Positions 16,561-23,779 of a stretch of DNA of 50,922 nt are shown here, piece after piece (position 1 is the first letter of the stretch; every line of letters starts with the position of its first letter). Source of the DNA: Acidobacteriota bacterium (lineage in GTDB: Bacteria; Acidobacteriota; Thermoanaerobaculia; UBA5066); contig JAKLER010000001.1 in assembly GCA_022711615.1 (NCBI GenBank), positions 1 through 50,922 on the forward strand, written 5' to 3'. A model generated the notes under the pieces. That model worked only from the letters and a program-made list of their open reading frames with translations, did not search any database and had not been told where the DNA came from. Both the position numbers and the translations under genes were made by a program.

Positions 16561-18045
16561 ATGGCCATTACCGGAAACCTCCGGACGATGCAGTTGTCGG
16601 AGCTGCTGCAGTGGCTCTCGATGGGGCAGAAGACGGGCACGCTGGCCATCCGGGGCGGCGCGGGAGAGAAGCGGATCTACTTCCAGAACGGCCGGATCAT
16701 CTCCTCGTCCTCGACGATCGAGCGCGAGTACCTGGGGCACTTCCTCGTCTCGTACGGCTACATCACCGAGGAAGAGCTGACGAAGGCGATGGAGGTCCAG
16801 GAGGAGTCGAAGATCCTCCTCGGGAAGATCCTCGTGATGATCGGCGCGATCGCCGAGGAGGACCTCGTCGAGCTGATCCGCCTCAAGGCGTGCGAGACGA
16901 TCTACGACATCTTCCTCTGGCCCGAAGGCGCCTTCCAGTTCCTCGACGGCGAGATCCCGCAACGGCCGATGGTCCCGATCGCCATCGACGTCACGGGAAT
17001 CGTCATGGAGGGCCTCCGCCGGTTCGACGAGTGGCAGCGGATCCGGGGCCGGATCCGGTCGCTGCGCGACGTCCCGACGATCGTCGCCCCGGTCGACGTC
17101 GAGAGCCTGGCCGAGCCGCACCGGCTGATCCTCCGCGCGATCGACGGAGTCCGCTCCCTCGGTGAGATCGCCGAGGCGACCCACAACTCCGACTTCCCCG
17201 TCGCCCGCCTCGTCTTCGACCTGATCGAGAGCGGGCACGTCGAGCTGGCGCCGGCCCCCGCCGTCGCCGCCCCGAAGAGCTCGGAGCTGACCCCCGAGGA
17301 CCCGTACGAGACGGTCTTCGAGGAGGCGGCGACGCCGCACTTCGAGGGCGTCCCCGACACCGCCGACGAGCTGCCGCTTCCGCCCCCGCCGCAAGAGGGC
17401 CGGACGGCGCCGTCGAAGGACTTCGCCCGCTTCCTAAAGCGGGGCCCCGACAGCGGGTCCCATCGCGCACGGCCCGCCGGACCGGTCACGACGTCGTTCG
17501 CGGCTCCCGTCGCCGCGCCCCCCGCGCCGCCGCCGTCGACGAGCTTCCGGCCCTCCGCCGCGGCCTCCGCCGGCCCCCCGACCTCGGGTTCCCTGCGGAT
17601 CGGCGCCCCCTCGGCCGCCTCGCTCCTCGAGGTCGGCGCCCCGCCCTCGAACGTCCCGTGGCCTGCGCCGGTCTCGGGTGCTTTCCGCGTTCCGGCTCCA
17701 GCGGCGGGCCCCTCCTCGGCGAGCCTTCGCGCGCCGGCTCCCCAGGGACCGCCCTCCTCCGTCTCGCTCCGGCCGCCGGCCTCTCCCCCGAGCTCGCAGA
17801 ACAAGCTCGCGGTCCCGGCCTCCGCCTCCGGGAGCACGTTCGCGCCGACGGCGATCCCCTCCCTCACCCGTCCGATGGAGGAGCTGATGTCCTGGTCGTT
17901 CACGCCGAACGAGGCGTTCATCCTCTCCCGCATCAACGGGCTCTGGGACGTCCGCTCGATCGCGAAGATCAGCCCGTTCCCCGAGGGCGAGGTCCTCAGG
18001 GTCTTCGAGAAGCTCCACGACGGCGGCCTCATCCGCTGGCGCTGA
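16561..18045 (+). CDS. DUF4388 (PatA-N-like) domain protein with long Pro/Ser/Ala-rich linker
   Basis: The N-terminus GNLRTMQLSELLQWLSMGQKTGTLAI...IYFQNGRI is typical of DUF4388. A ~200-aa low-complexity middle follows, then a small folded C-terminal domain. Confidence 0.8.
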   Translation: MAITGNLRTMQLSELLQWLSMGQKTGTLAIRGGAGEKRIYFQNGRIISSSSTIEREYLGHFLVSYGYITEEELTKAMEVQEESKILLGKILVMIGAIAEEDLVELIRLKACETIYDIFLWPEGAFQFLDGEIPQRPMVPIAIDVTGIVMEGLRRFDEWQRIRGRIRSLRDVPTIVAPVDVESLAEPHRLILRAIDGVRSLGEIAEATHNSDFPVARLVFDLIESGHVELAPAPAVAAPKSSELTPEDPYETVFEEAATPHFEGVPDTADELPLPPPPQEGRTAPSKDFARFLKRGPDSGSHRARPAGPVTTSFAAPVAAPPAPPPSTSFRPSAAASAGPPTSGSLRIGAPSAASLLEVGAPPSNVPWPAPVSGAFRVPAPAAGPSSASLRAPAPQGPPSSVSLRPPASPPSSQNKLAVPASASGSTFAPTAIPSLTRPMEELMSWSFTPNEAFILSRINGLWDVRSIAKISPFPEGEVLRVFEKLHDGGLIRWR

Positions 18046-18058
18046 GCGGAGGCGCCCC

Positions 18059-19300
18059 GTGGAGCCGCCCTTCCAGGTCGCCTTGCTTCTCGCCGCGACG
18101 GCGGCGGCGTGCGCAGCCGCGTTCCACGCCGGTCGCCGGGCCGCCGCGTCCCCGCTCCGGCGGCAGCTCCTCGAGGCGGAGCGGCGAGACGAAACGAGGG
18201 CCGAGGAGGACCGGCAGCTGTCGGCACGGCTCGGGCGCGCGAACGCCGCGCTGACCCGTCGCGCCGCCGCGCTCGAGAGGGTCCTCCGCGCGACGCCGGA
18301 GCTCCGGGCGCATCTCCCGCTCGAGTCGGTCCTCCGCCACACCGTCGAGGCCGCGCGCGACAGCCTCGGCCACCGGCACGTCCTCCTCTCGCTTCACGAC
18401 CGCCTCGAGGGGGCGCTCGTGCCGCGGGCCCACGTCGGCCTCGAGGAGGCCTGGGCGTCGCTCGCCGAAGTCCGCGTTCCCGCCGGCCCGCTCGCCCACG
18501 ACCTCGCCGCCCCGGAGACGGCCGAGGCGGCGCCGCTCCGTTCGCTCCGGCGGCGGCTCGGGCTCGCCCCGCCCGTCGCCGTGCCGCTCGCCGCGGGGTC
18601 GCGCGTCGTCGGGCTCCTGGAGCTCGCGGAGCCGGGGACCGGCGCCGTCGACGCGGAAGAGGATCGGGTCGTCCTCGACCTCTTCGCACTCCAGGCCGTC
18701 CAGGCCGTACGGCTCGCACGCGCCTACCGGACCGTCCGTCTCGGCACCCTGCGCGACGCGCTGACCGGCGTGGCAAACCACGGATCCTTCCAGGAGACGC
18801 TCCGGCACGAGATCGCGAGGCACGGGCGGAGCGCCGAGAGCCTCGTCCTCCTGATGGTCGACCTCGACGACTTCAAGGCGGTCAACGACCGGTTCGGGCA
18901 TCCCGTCGGCGACGCGGTCCTGCGCGGCGTCGTCGCGCGGCTCCTCGAATCGGTGCGGGAGATGGACGTCGTCGCACGGTACGGCGGCGAGGAGTTCGCC
19001 GTCGTCCTCCCGCAGACCGACCCGGCGCAGGGGGCCCGCGTGGCCGAGCGGCTCCGCGCGGCGGTGGCCGCGGCCCCGCTGCCGGCCGGGCCCGAGGAGC
19101 CCCTCCCGCTCACCGTCTCGATCGGGCTCGCCGTCTATCCCGAGGACGCCGTGACGAAGGGAGCGCTCGTCGAGTGCGCGGACCGGGCCCTCTACGCCGC
19201 CAAGCGGACGGGGAAGAACCGGGTCGTCCGCTTCACGCGCGTCCCGTCCGCCGCCGACGACCTCCTCGCGGCTCCACGGCGAGCCCCGCGCGACGCGTGA
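18059..19300 (+). CDS. membrane-anchored GAF-GGDEF diguanylate cyclase
   Basis: N-terminal hydrophobic helix, coiled coil and GAF-like middle. GGDEF domain with active site RYGGEEF and an RxxD I-site (REMD) five residues upstream. GTG start with GGAGG 6 nt upstream. Confidence 0.85.
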   Translation: MEPPFQVALLLAATAAACAAAFHAGRRAAASPLRRQLLEAERRDETRAEEDRQLSARLGRANAALTRRAAALERVLRATPELRAHLPLESVLRHTVEAARDSLGHRHVLLSLHDRLEGALVPRAHVGLEEAWASLAEVRVPAGPLAHDLAAPETAEAAPLRSLRRRLGLAPPVAVPLAAGSRVVGLLELAEPGTGAVDAEEDRVVLDLFALQAVQAVRLARAYRTVRLGTLRDALTGVANHGSFQETLRHEIARHGRSAESLVLLMVDLDDFKAVNDRFGHPVGDAVLRGVVARLLESVREMDVVARYGGEEFAVVLPQTDPAQGARVAERLRAAVAAAPLPAGPEEPLPLTVSIGLAVYPEDAVTKGALVECADRALYAAKRTGKNRVVRFTRVPSAADDLLAAPRRAPRDA

Positions 19301-19913
19301 CGGCCGCACAGCCCGCCACCGCGAAGCGGAGCGGCCACGAGGCCGCCTCGCCCGCGTAGTCGACGCCGACCCTCGGCCCGACGAGGAGCGGACGCTCCTC
19401 CCCCGGGAGCGGCAGGAGGAGCTCGAGCTCCGGTCCGCGGAGAGAGACACCGGAGAGCTCCCGACCGACGCCGAGCGCCCGGCAGAGGCGGCCCGGACCG
19501 GACGCGGCGAGGAGCTCGTCCCGGGGAACGGGCAGTCCCGACCACCAGGCCTCGGGGACGGCCGCCCGCAGGAGGACCGCTTCCGGCACTCCTTCCTCGC
19601 GCGTCACGACGTTCAGGCAGTCGTGCATTCCGTAGACCCGGAAGACATAGGCGTGCCCCGCCGGCCCCCACATCGGCGCGACGCGCGCCGTCCGCCGGCC
19701 GTTCCAGGTGTGCGCGGCGCGGTCGAGGACGCCCAGGTACGCCTCGGTCTCCACGAGGACGACCGTCACCGGGGGACGGCCCGGCCGACGCCGCACGAGC
19801 CGGCACCCGAGGAGGGCGCGCGCGACCTCGACGGTCGTAAGGTCCCAGAAGTCCCGGGGCGGCTTCCCGGCTTGTCGGCTCCGCGGCACGCCGCTATTCT
19901 CGCGGACGAGCAT
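19233..19913 (-). CDS. mpg: DNA-3-methyladenine glycosylase (AAG/Mpg family)
   Basis: Blocks VETEAYLG, HAYVFRVYGMHDCLNVV and GPGRLCRALG. ATG 19913. The Arg-rich C-terminal tail overlaps the 3' end of the convergent GGDEF gene by 68 nt. Confidence 0.82.
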   Translation of the reverse strand: MLVRENSGVPRSRQAGKPPRDFWDLTTVEVARALLGCRLVRRRPGRPPVTVVLVETEAYLGVLDRAAHTWNGRRTARVAPMWGPAGHAYVFRVYGMHDCLNVVTREEGVPEAVLLRAAVPEAWWSGLPVPRDELLAASGPGRLCRALGVGRELSGVSLRGPELELLLPLPGEERPLLVGPRVGVDYAGEAASWPLRFAVAGCAAVTRRAGLAVEPRGGRRRRTGRA

Positions 19914-20886
19914 GACAAAAGAGTGTCCTTCTCCCGCGCCCGGCTGCCCGGTCCTCGTCACGGGCGGCGCCGGCTTCATCGGATCGCACGTCGTCGACGC
20001 GCTCCTGGCCCTCGGTCACCGCGTCGTCGTGGTCGACGACCTCTCCACCGGCGACCTCCGGCGCGTGCCGGCCGAGGTCCGCTTCGTCCGGGGCGACGTC
20101 CGCGATCCGGGCCTCGACGCCCTCCTCGTCGAGGAGAGGATCGACACGGTCTTCCACCTCGCCGCCCAGGTCGACGTGAGGAAGTCGGTGGAGAACCCGG
20201 TCCTCGACGCCGAGGTGAACGTCCTCGGCACGATCCGCGTCGCGCTCGCCGCCTCGAAGGCAGGCGTCGCCCAGGTCGTCTTCTCCTCGAGCGGCGGCGC
20301 GATCTACGGCGACCCCGTCGGCGAGCGCGCCGACGAGGACCACCCCCTGAACCCGTGCTCGGCCTACGGCGTCGCCAAGCTCGCCGGCGAGAAGTATCTC
20401 GCCGCGCTCGCGCCGGACGGTGGACACCTCCTGACGGTCCTCCGCTACGCGAACGTCTACGGCCCGCGCCAGGACGGCCGCGGGGAGGCGGGCGTCGTCG
20501 GGATCTTCATGAACCGCCTCCTGTCCGGGCAGGACGCCGTCATCCACGGCGACGGCCTGCAGACTCGGGACTTCGTCCACGTCGCCGACGTCGTCGCCGC
20601 GAACCAGGCCTCGTTCCGCCGGCGCGTCGGCGGGACGATGAACGTCGGCACCGGGATCGAGACGAGCGTGAGAGAGCTCTACGGACTCGTCGCGGCCGCG
20701 TGCCACGCCGAGAGGCCCCCGCGCTTCGGTCCCGGCAAGCCCGGTGAGCAGCGCCGGAGCGTCCTCGACGTCGGGCGCGCCCGCGAGCGCCTCGGCCTCG
20801 CCGAGCTCGTCCCTCTCGAGGGCGGGATCCACGCGACGGCGGAGTGGTTCCGCTTGCACCGGGCGGGCCAGGGCCTCGGCGGTTGA
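19912..20886 (+). CDS. NAD-dependent epimerase/dehydratase (UDP-glucose 4-epimerase-like SDR)
   Basis: The real start is ATG 19912 inside listed ORF 19708..20886 (MTKECPSPAPGCPVLVTGGAGFIGSHVVD). Rossmann motif GGAGFIG and catalytic YGVAKLAGE (YxxxK). Confidence 0.85.
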   Translation: MTKECPSPAPGCPVLVTGGAGFIGSHVVDALLALGHRVVVVDDLSTGDLRRVPAEVRFVRGDVRDPGLDALLVEERIDTVFHLAAQVDVRKSVENPVLDAEVNVLGTIRVALAASKAGVAQVVFSSSGGAIYGDPVGERADEDHPLNPCSAYGVAKLAGEKYLAALAPDGGHLLTVLRYANVYGPRQDGRGEAGVVGIFMNRLLSGQDAVIHGDGLQTRDFVHVADVVAANQASFRRRVGGTMNVGTGIETSVRELYGLVAAACHAERPPRFGPGKPGEQRRSVLDVGRARERLGLAELVPLEGGIHATAEWFRLHRAGQGLGG

Positions 20887-20900
20887 GGCGCCTCTCCGCG

Positions 20901-20930
20901 GCGTCCCCGTCAGTCGGCTGACGGGGACGC
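20901..20930. terminator. perfect 13-bp hairpin between the convergent epimerase and PP2C genes (bidirectional terminator candidate)
   Basis: GCGTCCCCGTCAG-tcgg-CTGACGGGGACGC. The stem contains the PP2C gene stop codon (20910..20912). Confidence 0.6.
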
Positions 20931-22166
20931 GGCCGGGGAGGTCGGCCCTTCCGGCTGCGCCCCGCGCGGACGGCCCGTCCGGCGGATGACGACGACGGTC
21001 CGGTCGTCTTCCGCGGCCCGGCCCGCGCTGAACTGCCGGACCGTCGACATCAGCTTCTCGACCGTCTCCCGGGCCGAGCGCTTCCGGTAGTCGAGGAGGA
21101 TCCGCCGGACCCGGTCGAGCCCGAACTCCCGTCCGCGAAGGTCGTGGGCCTCGACGATCCCGTCGGTGTAGAGGAGGAGCAGATCGCCCGGCTCCATCTT
21201 CGCGGCCCTCCGGCCGTAGACGGCGTTCGGCGACGGACCGAGGACCATCCCGGTCGACTCCATCTCCGAGAAGCTCCGCGTCCGGGCGTGGAGGTGGATC
21301 GGCCCGGGGTGGCCGGCATTGACGTAGATGATCTCGCCGTTCGCCTCGAGCTCGCCGTAGAAGAGCGAGACGAACTTCGTCGAGAGCCGGCTCTTGTTCA
21401 GGATCCGGTTGAGGCGCTCGATCGCGCGCGCGATCTTCAGGTCGCCCTTGATCCCCATCCGGAGGCCCACGTAGACGTCGCGGACGAGGAGCGCCGCGAC
21501 GAGGCCGTGCCCCGACGCGTCGGCGATCGCCGTCCCGAACGCGTCGGGTCCGAGCGTGATGAAGTCGTAGAAGTCCCCGCCGACCGCCTCGGCCGGCTCC
21601 GTCGCGGCCCAGACCTCGTAGTCCCCCATCTCGGGGAAATGGCGCGGAAGGATGGACTGCTGGATCCGCCGCGCCTCCTCGAGGAGGTCCTCGAGCTGCT
21701 CGCTCTTGACCTTCGAGTCCAGGACGGTCCGGATGATCCCGAGGGAGACGAGCAGGTCGTCGGCCGCCACGCGCGGGTGGACGTCGAAGGAGAGGATGAA
21801 CCGGTCGTCGCCGAACGAGACCGCCGCGAAGCGCGTGACGCCGAGCCGCGCCTCGAGCTCGCGGTCGACCCAGGGGTCCTTCAGGTCGGCCAGGACGACC
21901 CCTTCCTCGATCGCACGCCGGATCGGCTCGTACGAGGCCGGGACCGTCAGCCCCTCCGACACCTTCTTCGAGCGGCCGAACCCGCGGCGGAGGACGTACT
22001 CGCCGTCCTCGAGCTGGTAGAGCCGGCCGCCGATGATCCCGAGCTCGTTTCGGAAGTTCCCGACGACGGTCTCTCCCACCGAGGCGACGGTGGAGACGAC
22101 GTCCTCGCTTTCCTCGATCGCGGAAAGGGTCTTCTCGACGTTCTTCAGGAGGGAGCGATAGTCCAT
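20910..22166 (-). CDS. GAF-domain PP2C/SpoIIE-family serine phosphatase (RsbU-like)
   Basis: C-terminal SpoIIE/PP2C blocks GGDFYDF, DASGHGL and LLLYTDGIVEA. The N-terminal ~170 aa is GAF-like. Confidence 0.85.
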   Translation of the reverse strand: MDYRSLLKNVEKTLSAIEESEDVVSTVASVGETVVGNFRNELGIIGGRLYQLEDGEYVLRRGFGRSKKVSEGLTVPASYEPIRRAIEEGVVLADLKDPWVDRELEARLGVTRFAAVSFGDDRFILSFDVHPRVAADDLLVSLGIIRTVLDSKVKSEQLEDLLEEARRIQQSILPRHFPEMGDYEVWAATEPAEAVGGDFYDFITLGPDAFGTAIADASGHGLVAALLVRDVYVGLRMGIKGDLKIARAIERLNRILNKSRLSTKFVSLFYGELEANGEIIYVNAGHPGPIHLHARTRSFSEMESTGMVLGPSPNAVYGRRAAKMEPGDLLLLYTDGIVEAHDLRGREFGLDRVRRILLDYRKRSARETVEKLMSTVRQFSAGRAAEDDRTVVVIRRTGRPRGAQPEGPTSPAASPSAD

Positions 22167-22177
22167 CGGGGCCGCGC

Positions 22178-22183
22178 AGTATA
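22178..22183 (-). promoter_or_regulatory. putative -10 hexamer TATACT, 11 nt upstream of ATG 22166
   Basis: The minus strand reads cgcgacgTATACTgcgcggccccgATG. Confidence 0.4.
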
Positions 22184-22205
22184 CGTCGCGGGCGCGGAGA
22201 GGTTC

Positions 22206-23741
22206 TCAGCCGAACCGCGCGAGCGTCGCGAGGATCCGGTCCTGGTAGGCGTGCCCGCTCCCCTCGCCGCATCCGCCGTTCGCGAGGATGACGAACGCGT
22301 AGCGCTGCCCGCTCCGCGCCTCGATCCAGCCGGCGAGCGTCACGACGCCGGCGATGTTGCCCGTCTTCGCGAAGACCTTCCCGCGCGTGTCGGGGCCGAG
22401 CATACGGTACCGGAGCGAGCCCGCCATGTCTCCGGTGACGGCGAGCGTCGGCTCGAACGCCGCGAAATGGGGCCAGCGCGTCGCGAGAGCCTGCAGGAAG
22501 TCGAGGTAGGCGGCGGCGCTCGCGCGGTTCTCGCGCGAGCGTCCCGAGCCGTCCGCGAGCCGGTAGCGCGCCGGGTCGAGCCCGAGCGACCGGAGGAACT
22601 CCGACACCTCGGCCAGCCCGTTCGCCCACGAGCCGAGTCCCCGGCGCTCGGCGCCGAGCGTCTTCAGGATCTGCTCGGCGAAGAACGACTGCGACCTCTT
22701 GTTGCAGACGGCGAGCGCCGGAAGGATCGGCGTCTCGTGGACGTGCAGGAGAGGGAGCGACATCGGGACCGACCGCCGCTCCGTCCTCACCTCGGGCTCG
22801 CCGCCGACGGCGATCCCCTCGTCCTCCAGGACTTTCGTGAACGCCGAAGCGAGGTAGAGCGGCGGGTCGACGACCGTGACGTCGCCCGACCAGGTCCGTC
22901 GCCGGCCGACGGCGCCCGACGCGACGACGCGCGGGCTCCCCGGGTTGCGCGAGACGCCGACGCTCACGCCGCGGCCCCGGTGCGTCGTCACCCGGCCCAC
23001 GAGCGACATGAGGAACGGCTGCGCCGGGTAGAAGCCGAGGCTCGCCCGCCCGCCGGGGCGGAGACCGCCCGTGACCCTCACGAGAACGACGTTGTCGTTG
23101 TACGACAGCGCCGACACCGGGGCCTGCCACCAGTGCTGCTCCTGCGCGGCCGGCCAGTCAGGATGAGTCGTGACGTCGTCGAAGAACGAGGTGTCCAGCG
23201 CGAGGCCGTCCCTCACGGAGCGGACTCCGCGCGCCGCGAGCGCCGCGGCCCAGGGGCGGAAGACGGCCCAGGGGTCGTCGTCGTAGAGCCGGCCCGAGAT
23301 CGCGGGGTCTCCGCCGCCCCGGACGACGAGCCGGCCCGCGAGCGTGCCGTCGGGAAGGAGCTCCCCGTCCTGCAGGAGAGAGGTCCGGAAACGGTAGCCC
23401 GGCCCGAGCCGGTCGAGCGCCGCCGCCGTCGTGAAGAGCTTCGTCGTCGACGCCAGGATCAGCTCCGTCCCGGCGTTCATCTCGAGGATCGGCGCCTCGC
23501 CCACCGGCGCGATCGCCACCGCGACCTCCGCGCGGTTCCGGACGGGCGTCCGGCGCGCGGCGGCCCGCAGGCGCTCCTCGAGCGTGAGCGGCCGCGCGGG
23601 CTCGGAGACGGCCGCCTTTCGGGGCGGGCGCCGCTTCGAACGGGTGGAATCCCCGTCCGCCCGGCTCGCGATGAAAGCCAGGATCAGCAGAACGAACGGC
23701 ACGGCCCGGATGAGGGGCCGCTTCGACCCGGCGAAAGCCAC
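22206..23741 (-). CDS. dacB: D-alanyl-D-alanine carboxypeptidase/endopeptidase, PBP4 (S13) family
   Basis: Signal anchor, SxxK motif STTKLFT, DGSGRS and KTG motif KTGNIAGV. GTG start at 23741. Confidence 0.85.
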   Translation of the reverse strand: MAFAGSKRPLIRAVPFVLLILAFIASRADGDSTRSKRRPPRKAAVSEPARPLTLEERLRAAARRTPVRNRAEVAVAIAPVGEAPILEMNAGTELILASTTKLFTTAAALDRLGPGYRFRTSLLQDGELLPDGTLAGRLVVRGGGDPAISGRLYDDDPWAVFRPWAAALAARGVRSVRDGLALDTSFFDDVTTHPDWPAAQEQHWWQAPVSALSYNDNVVLVRVTGGLRPGGRASLGFYPAQPFLMSLVGRVTTHRGRGVSVGVSRNPGSPRVVASGAVGRRRTWSGDVTVVDPPLYLASAFTKVLEDEGIAVGGEPEVRTERRSVPMSLPLLHVHETPILPALAVCNKRSQSFFAEQILKTLGAERRGLGSWANGLAEVSEFLRSLGLDPARYRLADGSGRSRENRASAAAYLDFLQALATRWPHFAAFEPTLAVTGDMAGSLRYRMLGPDTRGKVFAKTGNIAGVVTLAGWIEARSGQRYAFVILANGGCGEGSGHAYQDRILATLARFG

Positions 23742-23748
23742 CGCCCCG

Positions 23749-23754
23749 ATTGTA
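23749..23754 (-). promoter_or_regulatory. putative -10 hexamer TACAAT, 7 nt upstream of dacB GTG 23741 (leaderless-type)
   Basis: The minus strand reads gtcgccTACAATcggggcgGTG. Confidence 0.45.
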
Positions 23755-23768
23755 GGCGACCTCGTCCG

Positions 23769-23774
23769 TAGAAT
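23769..23774 (+). promoter_or_regulatory. putative -10 hexamer TAGAAT, 5 nt upstream of helicase GTG 23780 (leaderless-type)
   Basis: gtccgTAGAATgccgcGTG. Confidence 0.45.
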
Positions 23775-23779
23775 GCCGC

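Noticed and set aside
19894-23130. 1078-aa minus-strand ORF and the 875-aa plus-strand ORF 21144..23771
   Set aside because: Both are out of frame or antisense to the epimerase, PP2C phosphatase and PBP4 genes, which carry clear catalytic motifs. Their composition is Arg/Pro/Gly-dominated.
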